A DNA stretch of 64,000 nt, taken from positions 1 through 64,000 of the IMG/VR virus record IMGVR_UViG_3300032307_000370; one strand, written 5' to 3'. Position numbers and translations under genes: made by a program. Under the pieces are notes generated by a model, which saw nothing but the letters and a program-made list of their open reading frames with translations, searched no databases and was not told the origin of the DNA. Of the stretch, positions 49,101-59,051 are shown one piece after another; position 1 is the first letter of the stretch, and each line of letters opens with the position of its first letter. Origin of the DNA: a virus.

Positions 49101-51201
49101 ACCAAAAACAAAAGATGGGGTATATGAATCGGTTACTTGTAGTGAGGACATAAGTTTAACTCCTAATGGTCCCGAAAATTCAACAGCACAATGGTACTCA
49201 ATACCGGCAATGGCTTGTAGAAGAGTTCGTTTATCAAGATTAGAAGTAAATATACCAACACCAACTACGACCACAACAACTACTGATCCGGCTCAAGGAA
49301 CTGATAAAACTGATGTAGTAACTACGGATACAACAATTAATAAAGTTGATTTAATACCACCGGGGATTAAACCTGTGAGAAAACCTGATCCAATTAAAAA
49401 GCTTAAAGAAGGTATTTCTAAAAAAATATTAAGATACTTATTTAGTGAGTGTGATTATTTTGAGGTTATAAAGGAAAATAACCCTATGGTGTATGATAGT
49501 ATTAAGGAAAAGATTAAATATTTTAGTCCGGCATTTCACTCAACAACACCTGAAGGTTTAAATGCAAGATTAACATTCTTAAACCAATGTATGAGACCGG
49601 GTCAAACAATACCTGTTATTGGACCTGATGGGAGACCAAAACATAATGATGCGTTGAATACATCATTTGGGGCTCCACCTGTATTAGTTTTAAGAATTGG
49701 TGACTTCTACCACACTAAAATCATACCAAATAGTATTGGTATTACTTATGATCCGTTAGTGTTTGATATCAACCCTGAAGGTATTGGTGTGCAACCTATG
49801 ATTGCGAAAGTTTCTTTAAATTTTGATTTTATTGGTGGTAGTGGTTTAGCTGGACCTGTGGAACAATTACAAAATGCATTATCGTTTAATTATTATGCGA
49901 ATACCGAGATTTATGATGAAAGAGCAATTGCAACTGAGGATACATCAGAGAGAGACGAAAAAGTAGTTGGTAAACTTGTCCCTTCAGCGTCAGCACCTTT
50001 AACAGTTGATAACATACCTAACGAAGTTGAAAATAGAGGAGGTCAAACTGTTGGTTCGATTATAAGTACTACTGCGAATGATGATGGAACAGTTGAAACT
50101 GGTGAGATTGATTATGACAATCTTATTCGTGAATTATCAACAGGAACAAAAGAATTCTTTTCAACGATATATAATAAGTTAAAAAGTATAAAAGATGTGA
50201 GTAATTACGGAATATTACAACTTGTTAATTTAAAAAGAAAATATTTTGATGGGGACATTAGTGAATTTCAAAACGATACCCCATTAAAAATTTATGGGAA
50301 ACCTGATAATGTTGAAAATTTAGTTAAAAATCTTGTTGATCAGGCAGTAAAAGATTGTAAAGATGATTTATCACCTGTTCTTAGGGAAATTGTTGAACCC
50401 AACTCCAATTTTAATAATGCTCAACAAAGACAAATAAGAAACAAAATGGAGGAAATTTTGGGTACGAGAAACGCTGAAATAAATAATGCGGTCATCGGAC
50501 CAATAAACGAGGCGACAAGTTATCAAGAAAATTTTAACTATACGTTTAGAAAAACAGATGTTGTTATATCAAAATTTGATGGTATACTTTTAGAAACGGG
50601 AGAACCTAAAGTTTATTCTTTGACTGGTGACAGTGCGACTACTGTAACAACTAAAATATTAGATGTTTATACAAATCAAGTTGGTAAAACAATAACAGAA
50701 TTTTTAGATGTTTTATCATCGTATTATATAATGGATTATAAATTACAATATAGTGATACTCAAAATATATGGAATCTACCGGATAGTTGGTCGAAACCAT
50801 TAGGGACAACAAAAGAAGATCAAAGGTTCTACATGGTAATGTCGGATATAATGTTAGATAATAATAAATACGATACTTTCATTGGTATTTTAACTTCATT
50901 GGATAAAATAAAATCATCTGATTCTTTGAAAAAAGAATTAAGAGATAAGTTTGATGTTTATAGAAAGAAATGTGTGGAACAAAGAGCAAATGAGGATAAA
51001 GCTTTTGCGGATTATGAATCAAGTCCCGAATACCAAAAGTTCCAAAGTTTTGAAATACTACCCTTTGAGGCTAAAGTAGGTTATACTACAAGTAAAGATG
51101 CTCTTGGGTATTCAACAGGAGTAGATAGAATTAAAAATTTATATTCTAAACAGAACTTGAATAAAGATGATAAATACAATGGTAAAGTAAAATTTAATTA
51201 A
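46153..51201 (+). CDS. Large baseplate/tube-initiator protein with internal OmpA-like domain
   Basis: RIMWFPPYDISF.E...ASW....FLGRPEPIYTY.NT.RSG and PVLVLRIGDFYHTKII are tube-initiator-type motifs. The internal YFDND..GSAS..YNRNLSKRR.NSV..GE..RRV segment is OmpA-like. Confidence 0.65.
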   Translation: MPESVLSFASSSSFRDLLIARNLAPYQVQGVFTPPPGNAIYEISPLNDSNVIDSPDNLISSNQLSNNLYPLNQWGPDGGFQGKYSVGNLVPIPPNEGPYEPNDTQLDLINEFYIDAAYITNIYGPEGGYKDLVIVTDVQLASHYYLPYYDGVPTNYIPSTYSPYSILFSDNPSGDLGNLSQDSYLAKIGAVELKGYFEDRIAQELIQLTLGSANLSSLQDPFSASMLATGQQPFFTKNWKITVPENPLLAAVSFANRLTGTYFPVSFIPGDYFDDPDPVFSPQTENALNTVNNLTGGALGSVLNKFRSPSEVFIANTGNGQQSVLFKSLEYNLYRPNYDKPPLQQFTSAISNLFGVGPNGGGGYYVGSEEAEPSLITQPANQVAVNYLGVQQGTLVYGPSELGKLYEGNEGKINFGLQAESYSNGGGINGKLVWTSPKYKDNAGFKVGPGGDPKIIDGEFNEIQNSYNQSLSTDIEFRGGSILDETQRIINAADNVTGAARLKHAGNAMNQVSKVFNDGYKEMTKGSQVIAYYDSSTGEDVIGIDGIEVGREYCRVFQKDTPYLTYADLQKTDGITTSGRKFNNSVLDNTYNLNIAPLRNPGSTNIIDSKVKKYMFSLENLAWRTSDQPGYTYDDLPTCEKGPNGGRIMWFPPYDISFNEDVRASWNPTKFLGRPEPIYTYANTTRSGSLSWKIVVDTPSAMNTIIEKQLANRPSKEVDSIIDSFFAGCVKYDIYDLAAKFNTIPTSELYTYQQLLNEPRLTEEELGSIYSNIGKDKSTDIGTNGSGNPGGGDSGKPGPDNQENDTLNTDETQKVDIESIQEFIDYSFYFDNDYPEGYTTNAVTASQPYDYWYNQYLSVKGTKYITNPPEYVYTGSKKYENKSVVQKFFNDIIIGNYQTIQTDFLNKLKEIIVEKNGTVKIELQGSASAPAKINYNRNLSKRRINSVLQWFRSKTIGDKTISALEGEGKITFIENANGEEITIPKTKDGVYESVTCSEDISLTPNGPENSTAQWYSIPAMACRRVRLSRLEVNIPTPTTTTTTTDPAQGTDKTDVVTTDTTINKVDLIPPGIKPVRKPDPIKKLKEGISKKILRYLFSECDYFEVIKENNPMVYDSIKEKIKYFSPAFHSTTPEGLNARLTFLNQCMRPGQTIPVIGPDGRPKHNDALNTSFGAPPVLVLRIGDFYHTKIIPNSIGITYDPLVFDINPEGIGVQPMIAKVSLNFDFIGGSGLAGPVEQLQNALSFNYYANTEIYDERAIATEDTSERDEKVVGKLVPSASAPLTVDNIPNEVENRGGQTVGSIISTTANDDGTVETGEIDYDNLIRELSTGTKEFFSTIYNKLKSIKDVSNYGILQLVNLKRKYFDGDISEFQNDTPLKIYGKPDNVENLVKNLVDQAVKDCKDDLSPVLREIVEPNSNFNNAQQRQIRNKMEEILGTRNAEINNAVIGPINEATSYQENFNYTFRKTDVVISKFDGILLETGEPKVYSLTGDSATTVTTKILDVYTNQVGKTITEFLDVLSSYYIMDYKLQYSDTQNIWNLPDSWSKPLGTTKEDQRFYMVMSDIMLDNNKYDTFIGILTSLDKIKSSDSLKKELRDKFDVYRKKCVEQRANEDKAFADYESSPEYQKFQSFEILPFEAKVGYTTSKDALGYSTGVDRIKNLYSKQNLNKDDKYNGKVKFN

Positions 51202-51202
51202 A

Positions 51203-51526
51203 ATGCAATTACAGTATTATAATAGATATAGTCCATTCTTGGTCAACGGAGAACAAACCGTTGTTCCATATATTAATTTACCATCAAAATCATCGGACAA
51301 AAGATACATTTATAAAGTTGGTATTTCAAGGTTGGATAAAGTTTCGCAACAACATTATAACTCACCATTTTTTGGTTGGTTAATATTACAAGCAAACCCC
51401 CAATATACAGGTTTTGAGTTTAACATACCTGACGGAGCGGTATTGACTATTCCATATCCATTACTAACTTCATTACAAGATTATAAAAACGAATTGGAAA
51501 ATTATACATTCTATTATGGTAAATAA
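51203..51526 (+). CDS. LysM-like baseplate wedge protein (gp53/GpX-like)
   Basis: SRLDKVSQQHYNSPFFGWLILQANP..NIPDGAVLTIP. Confidence 0.75.
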   Translation: MQLQYYNRYSPFLVNGEQTVVPYINLPSKSSDKRYIYKVGISRLDKVSQQHYNSPFFGWLILQANPQYTGFEFNIPDGAVLTIPYPLLTSLQDYKNELENYTFYYGK

Positions 51527-54500
51527 CGGAGAAAATATATTAGTTGAATTTGACTACCAAAACATATCAGTTATTGACCCAAACAAAGTTATTGATGAAG
51601 AAGGTAGACCAAAAGAACGTCTTATAGATCACGAAAATCTTGTGTTCTATGCGAATTTAGAATGCTCAGTTCTACCAAGAACAAAGTTAGCATTAGGTGT
51701 TCCTTTAAGTGATTCAGTTAGAACTATTTCGGTTGGTAAGATTAATTTCTTAAATCCTGGTTTTAAAAAATTTTTAGATAATGGATGGACAGACGAATTA
51801 ACGGGAAAAAACACATTAACAGGACAAGGAGTAAATCAACCAAGACAATCGGTTAGTGTTAGTCCTGACAAACCCGATGATTTTTATTTCAGTCAAAGTT
51901 TAGTTTCTAATGGTGTTCCCGGTGCTGTGGATAATGGATTATTGGGTATTACACAAATAAACTATACTTGTGGTTTAGATTTCGTACCTACGATTGATAT
52001 TACCCTTGAGGATGTTAAAGGTAGATCATTATTTGAGGGGGGTAATAGTTCTCCATATGCTGCGTTTTTCCAATTCCCATATCCATTATTTTATTTAACA
52101 ATAAAAGGATATTTGGGTAAAGCGGTTAGATTACCATTAATGTTGGAAAAATTTGGTTCATCCTTTGACCCAAGTACAGGTAATTTTAGAGTTAGATTGG
52201 AGATGAAGACATATAAGTATACGATTATGTCTCACGTTAGTTTTGGTGCAATGATGGGAACTCCATTGATGTATAAATCAATTGTCTCAACAAAACAAAC
52301 ACAACCAAATAATAGTACAAACAACTCGACATCGGTTGTTAAAACGTTTGCAAGTGAAGGTTACCAAAAAATGAAAGAATTATATTCTGAATATAAGTCC
52401 AAAGGATTAATTGATGATAACTTTCCTGAAATAACAATACAACAATTAAAATATAGGTTAGATAGATTCATTAAAAACATTATTGATAGTTTCAAAAAAA
52501 CTAATTTAAATGTCTTAAATGATTTAAATAATTATTCAACACAATTAACCGAATATGAGGGTTATGTATTTTTCTATACTCCTGATTCTTGGATGAAAAC
52601 ATATTTAGATCAAACAAATGTTTATATCCTTAAAGATAGTGGTGAGTATGTGTATCAATGGAAAAAAGAATATAGAGATGATCCGGCAAAACAAACCGCA
52701 CCATTAAATGAACTTAATGGGTTAATTAAGAAATTTAATCTTGCTTTTGCAAATAACAAAACTCTTGGTCTTAATCAACCTAATTATATACCTAATAAAA
52801 TTGACATACAAAGTTGTATTAGCAAGGCAAAGTTTGATGATATTAATATAAATAAAACATATTATATTAGAACAAACAAGGAATTACCTGGAAACCCATC
52901 TGAGGTTTCCGCGTTTACAAAAACTTTAAAAGTAGAGTTCCAAAAAAATAAAAATTTTCAATTTGATGGTAAGGGATATTTTTTGGATTTTACTAAAACA
53001 ATGCAACAAAAATATCAAACAATAAGACAGACAATTGAAGAAGAATTGACTGCTAAATTGGCGGACCAAATGAGTGATACCTCAACAGGTATTGGATTTG
53101 CACCGACTATGAGAAATATTCTTGCGGTGTTCTTTGCTCAGGGTGAAGCGTTTTTACGTTTAATGGATGATGTTCATACAAAGGCTTGGAATTTAAGAGA
53201 AGACCCATACAGAAAAGATGCTGTCTTTGGAAGCAACTCAACGGTACCAAGTGTTGATATAAAAGGAGATGGGGAACAAAATACTCCAATATATCCTTGG
53301 CCACAATTAATTGTTGAGAATACAAGAAATGATGGTGGTGAAAAATATGAATTAAAATATCCTGGTGATCCTGTATTAGCAAGTAAATTAAGAGCGTTTG
53401 TTCCTGAAATATGGCCTGAGGTTGAATTTGTTGAAGAGTTTATTAAAGGTTATACAGAAAGAGAATTACCAATACCTGATCCTGAATATACAAATAATGG
53501 GTTAACGAGACCAAATAGGTTTAGTTTCAATGCAATTGAGTTCCCAATTACTAATCAAGTTTTTCAAAATACTGAAGAGGTTAAATTTTTCTATGAGATA
53601 TATGAAAGATTAATGTTGAATTCGTTCTATAGTTTAATAAGTAGAGATTCCTCAAAAATATATAATATGAGTTTTTATTCTGCTGAGGCTGAGGTTACGG
53701 ATATCATACAAGCTTTAGGTGATGATAATCCATTCTTAACAAAAAAATTAAAAGAGTATAATATTAATTCACAAGTTTATTTAGGTTTCTTGAGACACAT
53801 CTCCAATCAAGGGGAGGGTCAATCATGGCAAAATTTTATTAGAGGTGAGTTTAATACGACATATATCAAAAATGAAACATTAAACCCGTTTGAACTTTTA
53901 GACGGTAAAATATTGGGTAATGAAGTATCTCAACCAAATGTTGGTTTGGAGAATAGCGAATTAGTTGAAAAATATATTGGGATTGATAATGTTCCTGAAA
54001 AATATGACATATGTGATTTATATCCATTAACTAATTTGAATTGGGATAAAAATTACTTGGCAAATGGGTCAATATTACAAAATCCAGAATCAACATATAA
54101 AACTTCGGATGTATTAAAATATAACCTCAACAATAAATCAATTGTTAATTTTAATGAGGATCAAGTTATAAAACCAATAACCAATTTAAATTATATTGAT
54201 AGTGTTTTTAATCAAACAGTTGTAAATGACGACCTTAAATTATTTTATCAAAATAGACAAATAAAGAATCAGTTCATAACCGAGGGGAATATATTTTATG
54301 GGAATTATAATAACAACTTAATTTCTGATCAAACAACATCTATGTTGAATACCCCCTATTTCATAAACGCAATACAAAAAGGGGTTTATAATTTTAGGTA
54401 TAATAGCGGTGATCTTTCCCCATATAAATTGGCGGCGTATTTGTTCTTGAATAGTTTACCGTTGGCAACATTAAAAGAAAGATATAAATTAGTTGATGAC

Positions 54501-57500
54501 ACGAATAACACAACCAATGAGTTAAGTTATATTATGTCTACAATTAAAAAATTCGGTGCAATTCACAAATTACCATACGCTTGGGTTTTGAAATATGGAT
54601 CCCTTTGGCATAGATATAAAACTTGGGTTGATACCGGAAATGATATGTTATCTGATGTTTGGCAAGATTTTAACTATTCATACAATTATGATCCTGTTAA
54701 TAGTGCCACAACAAAAGTTTATAATGTAACACTAAATGGTACGACTCAAGATATTGTATTAGAAGATAATGTAAGTACGACTGTTGGTGTAAACACATTT
54801 ACCAAAACAATCATTAATAATGGATTTTATCCTAAAACATTAGACGACTTTAACGTCTTTTATCAAGGGAGACAATTATTTGAAACAAACGTTCAGATAA
54901 TTGGTACGTGTGCGGTTGTTAACGACAATCAATTAGAAGTGTTAACGGTAAACTCAAATGAGATTATTGACGGTATGGTAATTTCTGGTTCAGGATTACA
55001 ATACAATACCACAATAGTTTCTCAAGTTAGTGGAACAACGGGGGGTGTTGGTAGATATAACATTACACCTAATCAATTACCAAATGGTACTACAGTTGTT
55101 CCTAATGTTTTAGGACCAACAATTAACTTTTTTGTAACAAATCCAAATTCAATTGGTTACACAAGTGCGGAAATACAATTGGCGTTAAATACTAAACTTA
55201 ATATGGTTAAAACCACTAAATCATTAATAAATGAACCAAATGGTTTTGATCCTGTTGCTAATGGTAGGTCATTAAATTTAACTCCTTGGTCTTGTTATGT
55301 AAAAACACCTGATGAAACGTTTATTTATCCATTACCATCATTTGGGGGATTAATAAATCAAACCAAAGGCGAATGTTTTAATTCAAATGGTACAATTAAA
55401 ACTGAGGTTCTTGGTAATTCGGCAATGTATAATGGTTCGGTAAGATTATTTTGGAAAGCACCTAATTATGGTTACTATGATAATAGTAAAGTTGTATCTC
55501 CTGAACCTGATAGTTATTTAAAACAAATTTTTAATAGTGGTACAACACAAGAAAACTTCTCAATAAATTCTAATGTTAATGATTATTCTAAATTAGATGA
55601 AATGTTTACAACTTTTGATAAAGATGCGTTAGATATTTTAGAGATTGAGTTTTTAAATTTTAGTAGATCTGTATATGATTATGATAGTATCATTACATCT
55701 ATAAGTGAAAATGAAACTGAGAGTGAAAAATCATATAAAAATTTCCAAATGTTAATGAGAATGATGATGAAGGTAACTAAACCTACATCAACTGTGGATG
55801 ATACAATTGTTGAGGAAATCCAAAACGCTCAGATTGAATCATTTAAAACATATCTTTCTGGTTTTATGGATTACGAGGTTATTATGAAATATGGTAATCC
55901 ATCCAACTTTAATAAAAAATTGTTCTACACATTTTCAAATAAATATATACAGGATCCATACACATACCAAGGTTATAAGCAATCATCACCAAATACATTA
56001 CCAAAAGGAACATTAAGTCCGGTAACATTAGCCCAATCAAAAGCAAGTAATCCACAAACATGGAAGGCGTTGGAAACTTATGTCGGGTTTTCTGAAATCC
56101 CTCAATTACAATATAAAAATACGGGATCATATATTACTGACTTTTTTATAGATTTAGATGTTCAGTTTAATGAGAAAAATGTTATTGATTTTGCGCCAAT
56201 TATAAAAATATATGCGACTCAAAAATTAAATAACCCTAATATTACTAAAAGTCAGTTTTATTCTTTAATGAATGATTATTTGAATAAAAATGAAGATTAT
56301 ATTGATACTGTTCTTGATTTGGAATTAACAAGATTGAGAAATAAATTGCCAAATGTTATTGTAACGCCTGATAGAACAAATGTTAAATCCGATTTACAGG
56401 GTGAACAAAGTAGATATGAACTTTGGGACACATTCAAATCAATAAATGATAAATTTATTTCGGGTAATGATTATAAAACAAAAACATTATTTGAGGATAT
56501 ATTATTATTTGATAGAGCAAGCAGAGATGTTGGACAGAGAATATATGCTGATATTTTTAAAGTAAAAGATTTAATAGAATACGCAAAATATAGTAATAGT
56601 ATGTTAGATATGGTTACGACCATATTAACTGAAAATAATTTTACCTATTTTACATTACCGGCGTACGCTAATTTTTATAACGTACAAGACGCAAGTAAAA
56701 ACCCAACCCCAAACCCTGAAGGTACTTTAGAATTTGCAAATTCATTGTTCGGGACATTTTTAAGTTTGGATTATAGAGATACTACCTCAAAGTTTTTATG
56801 TTTATATGCAAATAAACCTAGTGAACATTTAGCGTTAAATGATAACGTTGATTATCGTTTTAGAGATGATGCTTTTGATTTGAGACGAGCAAGTGATAAC
56901 CCACTACTTGATAATTTAAATGGTAAAACTGATTGGGATAAGTCGAATAAAGTTGTTGGGTTTAATGTTGATATAGGACCCCAAAACCAACAAATATTCA
57001 AGCAGTTTGATATTTCTCAAGATCCTGGTTCACCAACAACAGAATCTTTAGAGGTTTTAAACCAAATGGCTAATTTGAATCGTAATAGAAGTGAATCAAC
57101 TCAAAGTGTTTCATTATATAATCTTTATAGAAATAGAAGTTATAAATGTAATATTGATATGTTGGGTAATGCTATGATACAACCTATGATGTATTTTAAT
57201 TTAAGAAATGTTCCAATGTTTAGTGGTCCATATATGATAATGAAAGTATCTCATAGAATAAGTGAAAATGGATTTGATACTGAGTTTGAGGGTCAAAGAC
57301 AACCATTCTATAGTATTCCGGCTATTGATAAATTTTTACAATCTTTAAATACTAAAATTTTAGAAACAATTAAAGAACAAATTCAAAAAGAGGAATCGGC
57401 ATTAATTGAATCTGAGGGTAATATACTACAGGAACAAAGTGATATTGTTAATAATGCAAATAATGGTAATGGAACCTTAACGTCTAATCAAAATTGTTCG

Positions 57501-58061
57501 GATAAATTAAATAGTGCTTACAGTAGTTACACTAATGAAACACCGGTTAAAACAACATTAACATTAACTAAGGCGATTGATATAATAAAAACAGAAATGA
57601 GTGCGGCGAACATTACAACAGATAATCAAACAATAATGTTAGCGTTTATATTCTCAATTATGTATATTGACTCATATAAATCCGGTAAGTTTGAATCTTA
57701 TGGTCACAATTATGGATCAATAAGATTGGATGTATCTTATGGTGGTTCAGCCGCATTAATGGGTAACACTTATTATTGTGTTAATCAAGGAACGACTCAA
57801 AATATACCTCTTGTTAATTTTGATACCGACAATTCATTTGTAAGATTTGTTATTTCTAAATTTAAAGAGAAAGTACCGTATATAAAAAATCAACCATTAT
57901 CTACAGAAAATGAACAAATAAAGGCATTATCAAAAGCATTTATTTTACGTTGGCCGGTAAATCAACCTGATAATGTTTATGATAAAATGACGGAACAAGA
58001 TAAAAAAACAATTGAAAATAAATTCAGAGAGGCATTTGATATTGTTAAAACAATAAAGTAA
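51516..58061 (+). CDS. Very large baseplate hub protein (gp27/GpD-like C-terminal region)
   Basis: 2181 aa; GITQINY..PTIDITLEDVKG..; RSYKCNIDMLGNAMIQPMMYFNL..SGPYMI.KVSH.I...FDT.FEG.R. Confidence 0.65.
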   Translation: MVNNGENILVEFDYQNISVIDPNKVIDEEGRPKERLIDHENLVFYANLECSVLPRTKLALGVPLSDSVRTISVGKINFLNPGFKKFLDNGWTDELTGKNTLTGQGVNQPRQSVSVSPDKPDDFYFSQSLVSNGVPGAVDNGLLGITQINYTCGLDFVPTIDITLEDVKGRSLFEGGNSSPYAAFFQFPYPLFYLTIKGYLGKAVRLPLMLEKFGSSFDPSTGNFRVRLEMKTYKYTIMSHVSFGAMMGTPLMYKSIVSTKQTQPNNSTNNSTSVVKTFASEGYQKMKELYSEYKSKGLIDDNFPEITIQQLKYRLDRFIKNIIDSFKKTNLNVLNDLNNYSTQLTEYEGYVFFYTPDSWMKTYLDQTNVYILKDSGEYVYQWKKEYRDDPAKQTAPLNELNGLIKKFNLAFANNKTLGLNQPNYIPNKIDIQSCISKAKFDDININKTYYIRTNKELPGNPSEVSAFTKTLKVEFQKNKNFQFDGKGYFLDFTKTMQQKYQTIRQTIEEELTAKLADQMSDTSTGIGFAPTMRNILAVFFAQGEAFLRLMDDVHTKAWNLREDPYRKDAVFGSNSTVPSVDIKGDGEQNTPIYPWPQLIVENTRNDGGEKYELKYPGDPVLASKLRAFVPEIWPEVEFVEEFIKGYTERELPIPDPEYTNNGLTRPNRFSFNAIEFPITNQVFQNTEEVKFFYEIYERLMLNSFYSLISRDSSKIYNMSFYSAEAEVTDIIQALGDDNPFLTKKLKEYNINSQVYLGFLRHISNQGEGQSWQNFIRGEFNTTYIKNETLNPFELLDGKILGNEVSQPNVGLENSELVEKYIGIDNVPEKYDICDLYPLTNLNWDKNYLANGSILQNPESTYKTSDVLKYNLNNKSIVNFNEDQVIKPITNLNYIDSVFNQTVVNDDLKLFYQNRQIKNQFITEGNIFYGNYNNNLISDQTTSMLNTPYFINAIQKGVYNFRYNSGDLSPYKLAAYLFLNSLPLATLKERYKLVDDTNNTTNELSYIMSTIKKFGAIHKLPYAWVLKYGSLWHRYKTWVDTGNDMLSDVWQDFNYSYNYDPVNSATTKVYNVTLNGTTQDIVLEDNVSTTVGVNTFTKTIINNGFYPKTLDDFNVFYQGRQLFETNVQIIGTCAVVNDNQLEVLTVNSNEIIDGMVISGSGLQYNTTIVSQVSGTTGGVGRYNITPNQLPNGTTVVPNVLGPTINFFVTNPNSIGYTSAEIQLALNTKLNMVKTTKSLINEPNGFDPVANGRSLNLTPWSCYVKTPDETFIYPLPSFGGLINQTKGECFNSNGTIKTEVLGNSAMYNGSVRLFWKAPNYGYYDNSKVVSPEPDSYLKQIFNSGTTQENFSINSNVNDYSKLDEMFTTFDKDALDILEIEFLNFSRSVYDYDSIITSISENETESEKSYKNFQMLMRMMMKVTKPTSTVDDTIVEEIQNAQIESFKTYLSGFMDYEVIMKYGNPSNFNKKLFYTFSNKYIQDPYTYQGYKQSSPNTLPKGTLSPVTLAQSKASNPQTWKALETYVGFSEIPQLQYKNTGSYITDFFIDLDVQFNEKNVIDFAPIIKIYATQKLNNPNITKSQFYSLMNDYLNKNEDYIDTVLDLELTRLRNKLPNVIVTPDRTNVKSDLQGEQSRYELWDTFKSINDKFISGNDYKTKTLFEDILLFDRASRDVGQRIYADIFKVKDLIEYAKYSNSMLDMVTTILTENNFTYFTLPAYANFYNVQDASKNPTPNPEGTLEFANSLFGTFLSLDYRDTTSKFLCLYANKPSEHLALNDNVDYRFRDDAFDLRRASDNPLLDNLNGKTDWDKSNKVVGFNVDIGPQNQQIFKQFDISQDPGSPTTESLEVLNQMANLNRNRSESTQSVSLYNLYRNRSYKCNIDMLGNAMIQPMMYFNLRNVPMFSGPYMIMKVSHRISENGFDTEFEGQRQPFYSIPAIDKFLQSLNTKILETIKEQIQKEESALIESEGNILQEQSDIVNNANNGNGTLTSNQNCSDKLNSAYSSYTNETPVKTTLTLTKAIDIIKTEMSAANITTDNQTIMLAFIFSIMYIDSYKSGKFESYGHNYGSIRLDVSYGGSAALMGNTYYCVNQGTTQNIPLVNFDTDNSFVRFVISKFKEKVPYIKNQPLSTENEQIKALSKAFILRWPVNQPDNVYDKMTEQDKKTIENKFREAFDIVKTIK

Positions 58062-58106
58062 AATAATGTTTTTTTCTATTTGTTAGATATTTATAATAAA
58101 AAAACT

Positions 58107-58331
58107 ATGAGCACAAAATTAATTTTAGACAACTATCTTGGAAAGAATACAAGAATGTCAGAAAAAGATGCGGGTAACGGATTCAAAGAAGTATGTGATT
58201 TAGATACTGGTGATTGTTACACAATAAGAATGAAAGATGGTTTAATTGAACGTGTGGATAATACAATGAATACACATAAAAAAATCCAAGTTGAAACTAA
58301 ATCGGGGATTAAACAATTATTAAACGGTTAA
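58107..58331 (+). CDS. Hypothetical protein (74 aa)
   Basis: ATG 11 nt after TATTTATA (58088-58095). Confidence 0.6.
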   Translation: MSTKLILDNYLGKNTRMSEKDAGNGFKEVCDLDTGDCYTIRMKDGLIERVDNTMNTHKKIQVETKSGIKQLLNG

Positions 58332-58332
58332 G

Positions 58333-58944
58333 ATGGCGATAGATAAAAAAATTTTAGAAGAAATCAAAAGACATAATAGTATTAATAATTATATTATGGA
58401 ACAAGGTGAATTACCACCACCTCCAGCAGAAGCCGCTCCGGCACCTGTTGATGCTGGCGCTGCGGTTCCCCCACCACCTCCGGCACCTGCCGAACCAACA
58501 CCCCAACCTGTGGATATTGAAAATGATCCTGATGTTGAAGAAGTTGGTAATGAAACTGAGGAGTTAGATATTACAGATTTAGTTGACACACAAAAAACAT
58601 TTGCGGATAAGCAAGAAGAATATTTTAACAATCTTTTTGATCAATTAAAAAATCTTGAAACTAAATTAGGTGAGATGGATAACTTAGTTAATACTGTTAA
58701 TAGTTTAGAAACTAAAATTGAAAAAATGAGACCTAAAACACCTGAAGAAAAATTAGAATTGAGAAGTTTAGATTCAGGTCCATTTAATCAAAAATTAAGT
58801 CAATTTTTTGACGATAAAATGGATGATATGGAAAAAACAGGAAAAAATGAATACGTATTAACTAGCGATGAAGTTGAGGAATTTTCCCCAAGTGAAATTA
58901 AAGGAAGCTTTAGTGAATACGAAAACGAAGACGAAATGATGTGA
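58333..58944 (+). CDS. Hypothetical Pro-rich, acidic, coiled-coil protein
   Basis: 203 aa; PPPPAEAAPAP tract, heptad region; possible assembly/scaffold-like role (inference). Confidence 0.6.
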   Translation: MAIDKKILEEIKRHNSINNYIMEQGELPPPPAEAAPAPVDAGAAVPPPPPAPAEPTPQPVDIENDPDVEEVGNETEELDITDLVDTQKTFADKQEEYFNNLFDQLKNLETKLGEMDNLVNTVNSLETKIEKMRPKTPEEKLELRSLDSGPFNQKLSQFFDDKMDDMEKTGKNEYVLTSDEVEEFSPSEIKGSFSEYENEDEMM

Positions 58945-58948
58945 TGTG

Positions 58949-58979
58949 TGAGGTGTTGAAAGACACCTCATCTTTTTTT
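58949..58979 (+). terminator. Intrinsic terminator
   Basis: TGAGGTGT-TGAAAG-ACACCTCA followed by TCTTTTTTT. Confidence 0.75.
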
Positions 58980-58990
58980 AATATACCTTA

Positions 58991-59019
58991 TTGACTACTA
59001 CTTTTATTTAACTTATACT
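58991..59019 (+). promoter_or_regulatory. Sigma70-like promoter TTGACT-N17-TATACT
   Basis: Same hexamers and spacing as upstream of the DNA polymerase. Confidence 0.7.
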
Positions 59020-59051
59020 TACACTGTAAACTTTTAATTAATATATATAAT

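Noticed and set aside
58389-58631. Minus-strand Gly/Ala-rich 80-aa ORF
   Set aside because: Antisense shadow of the Pro-rich tract of ORF 58333.
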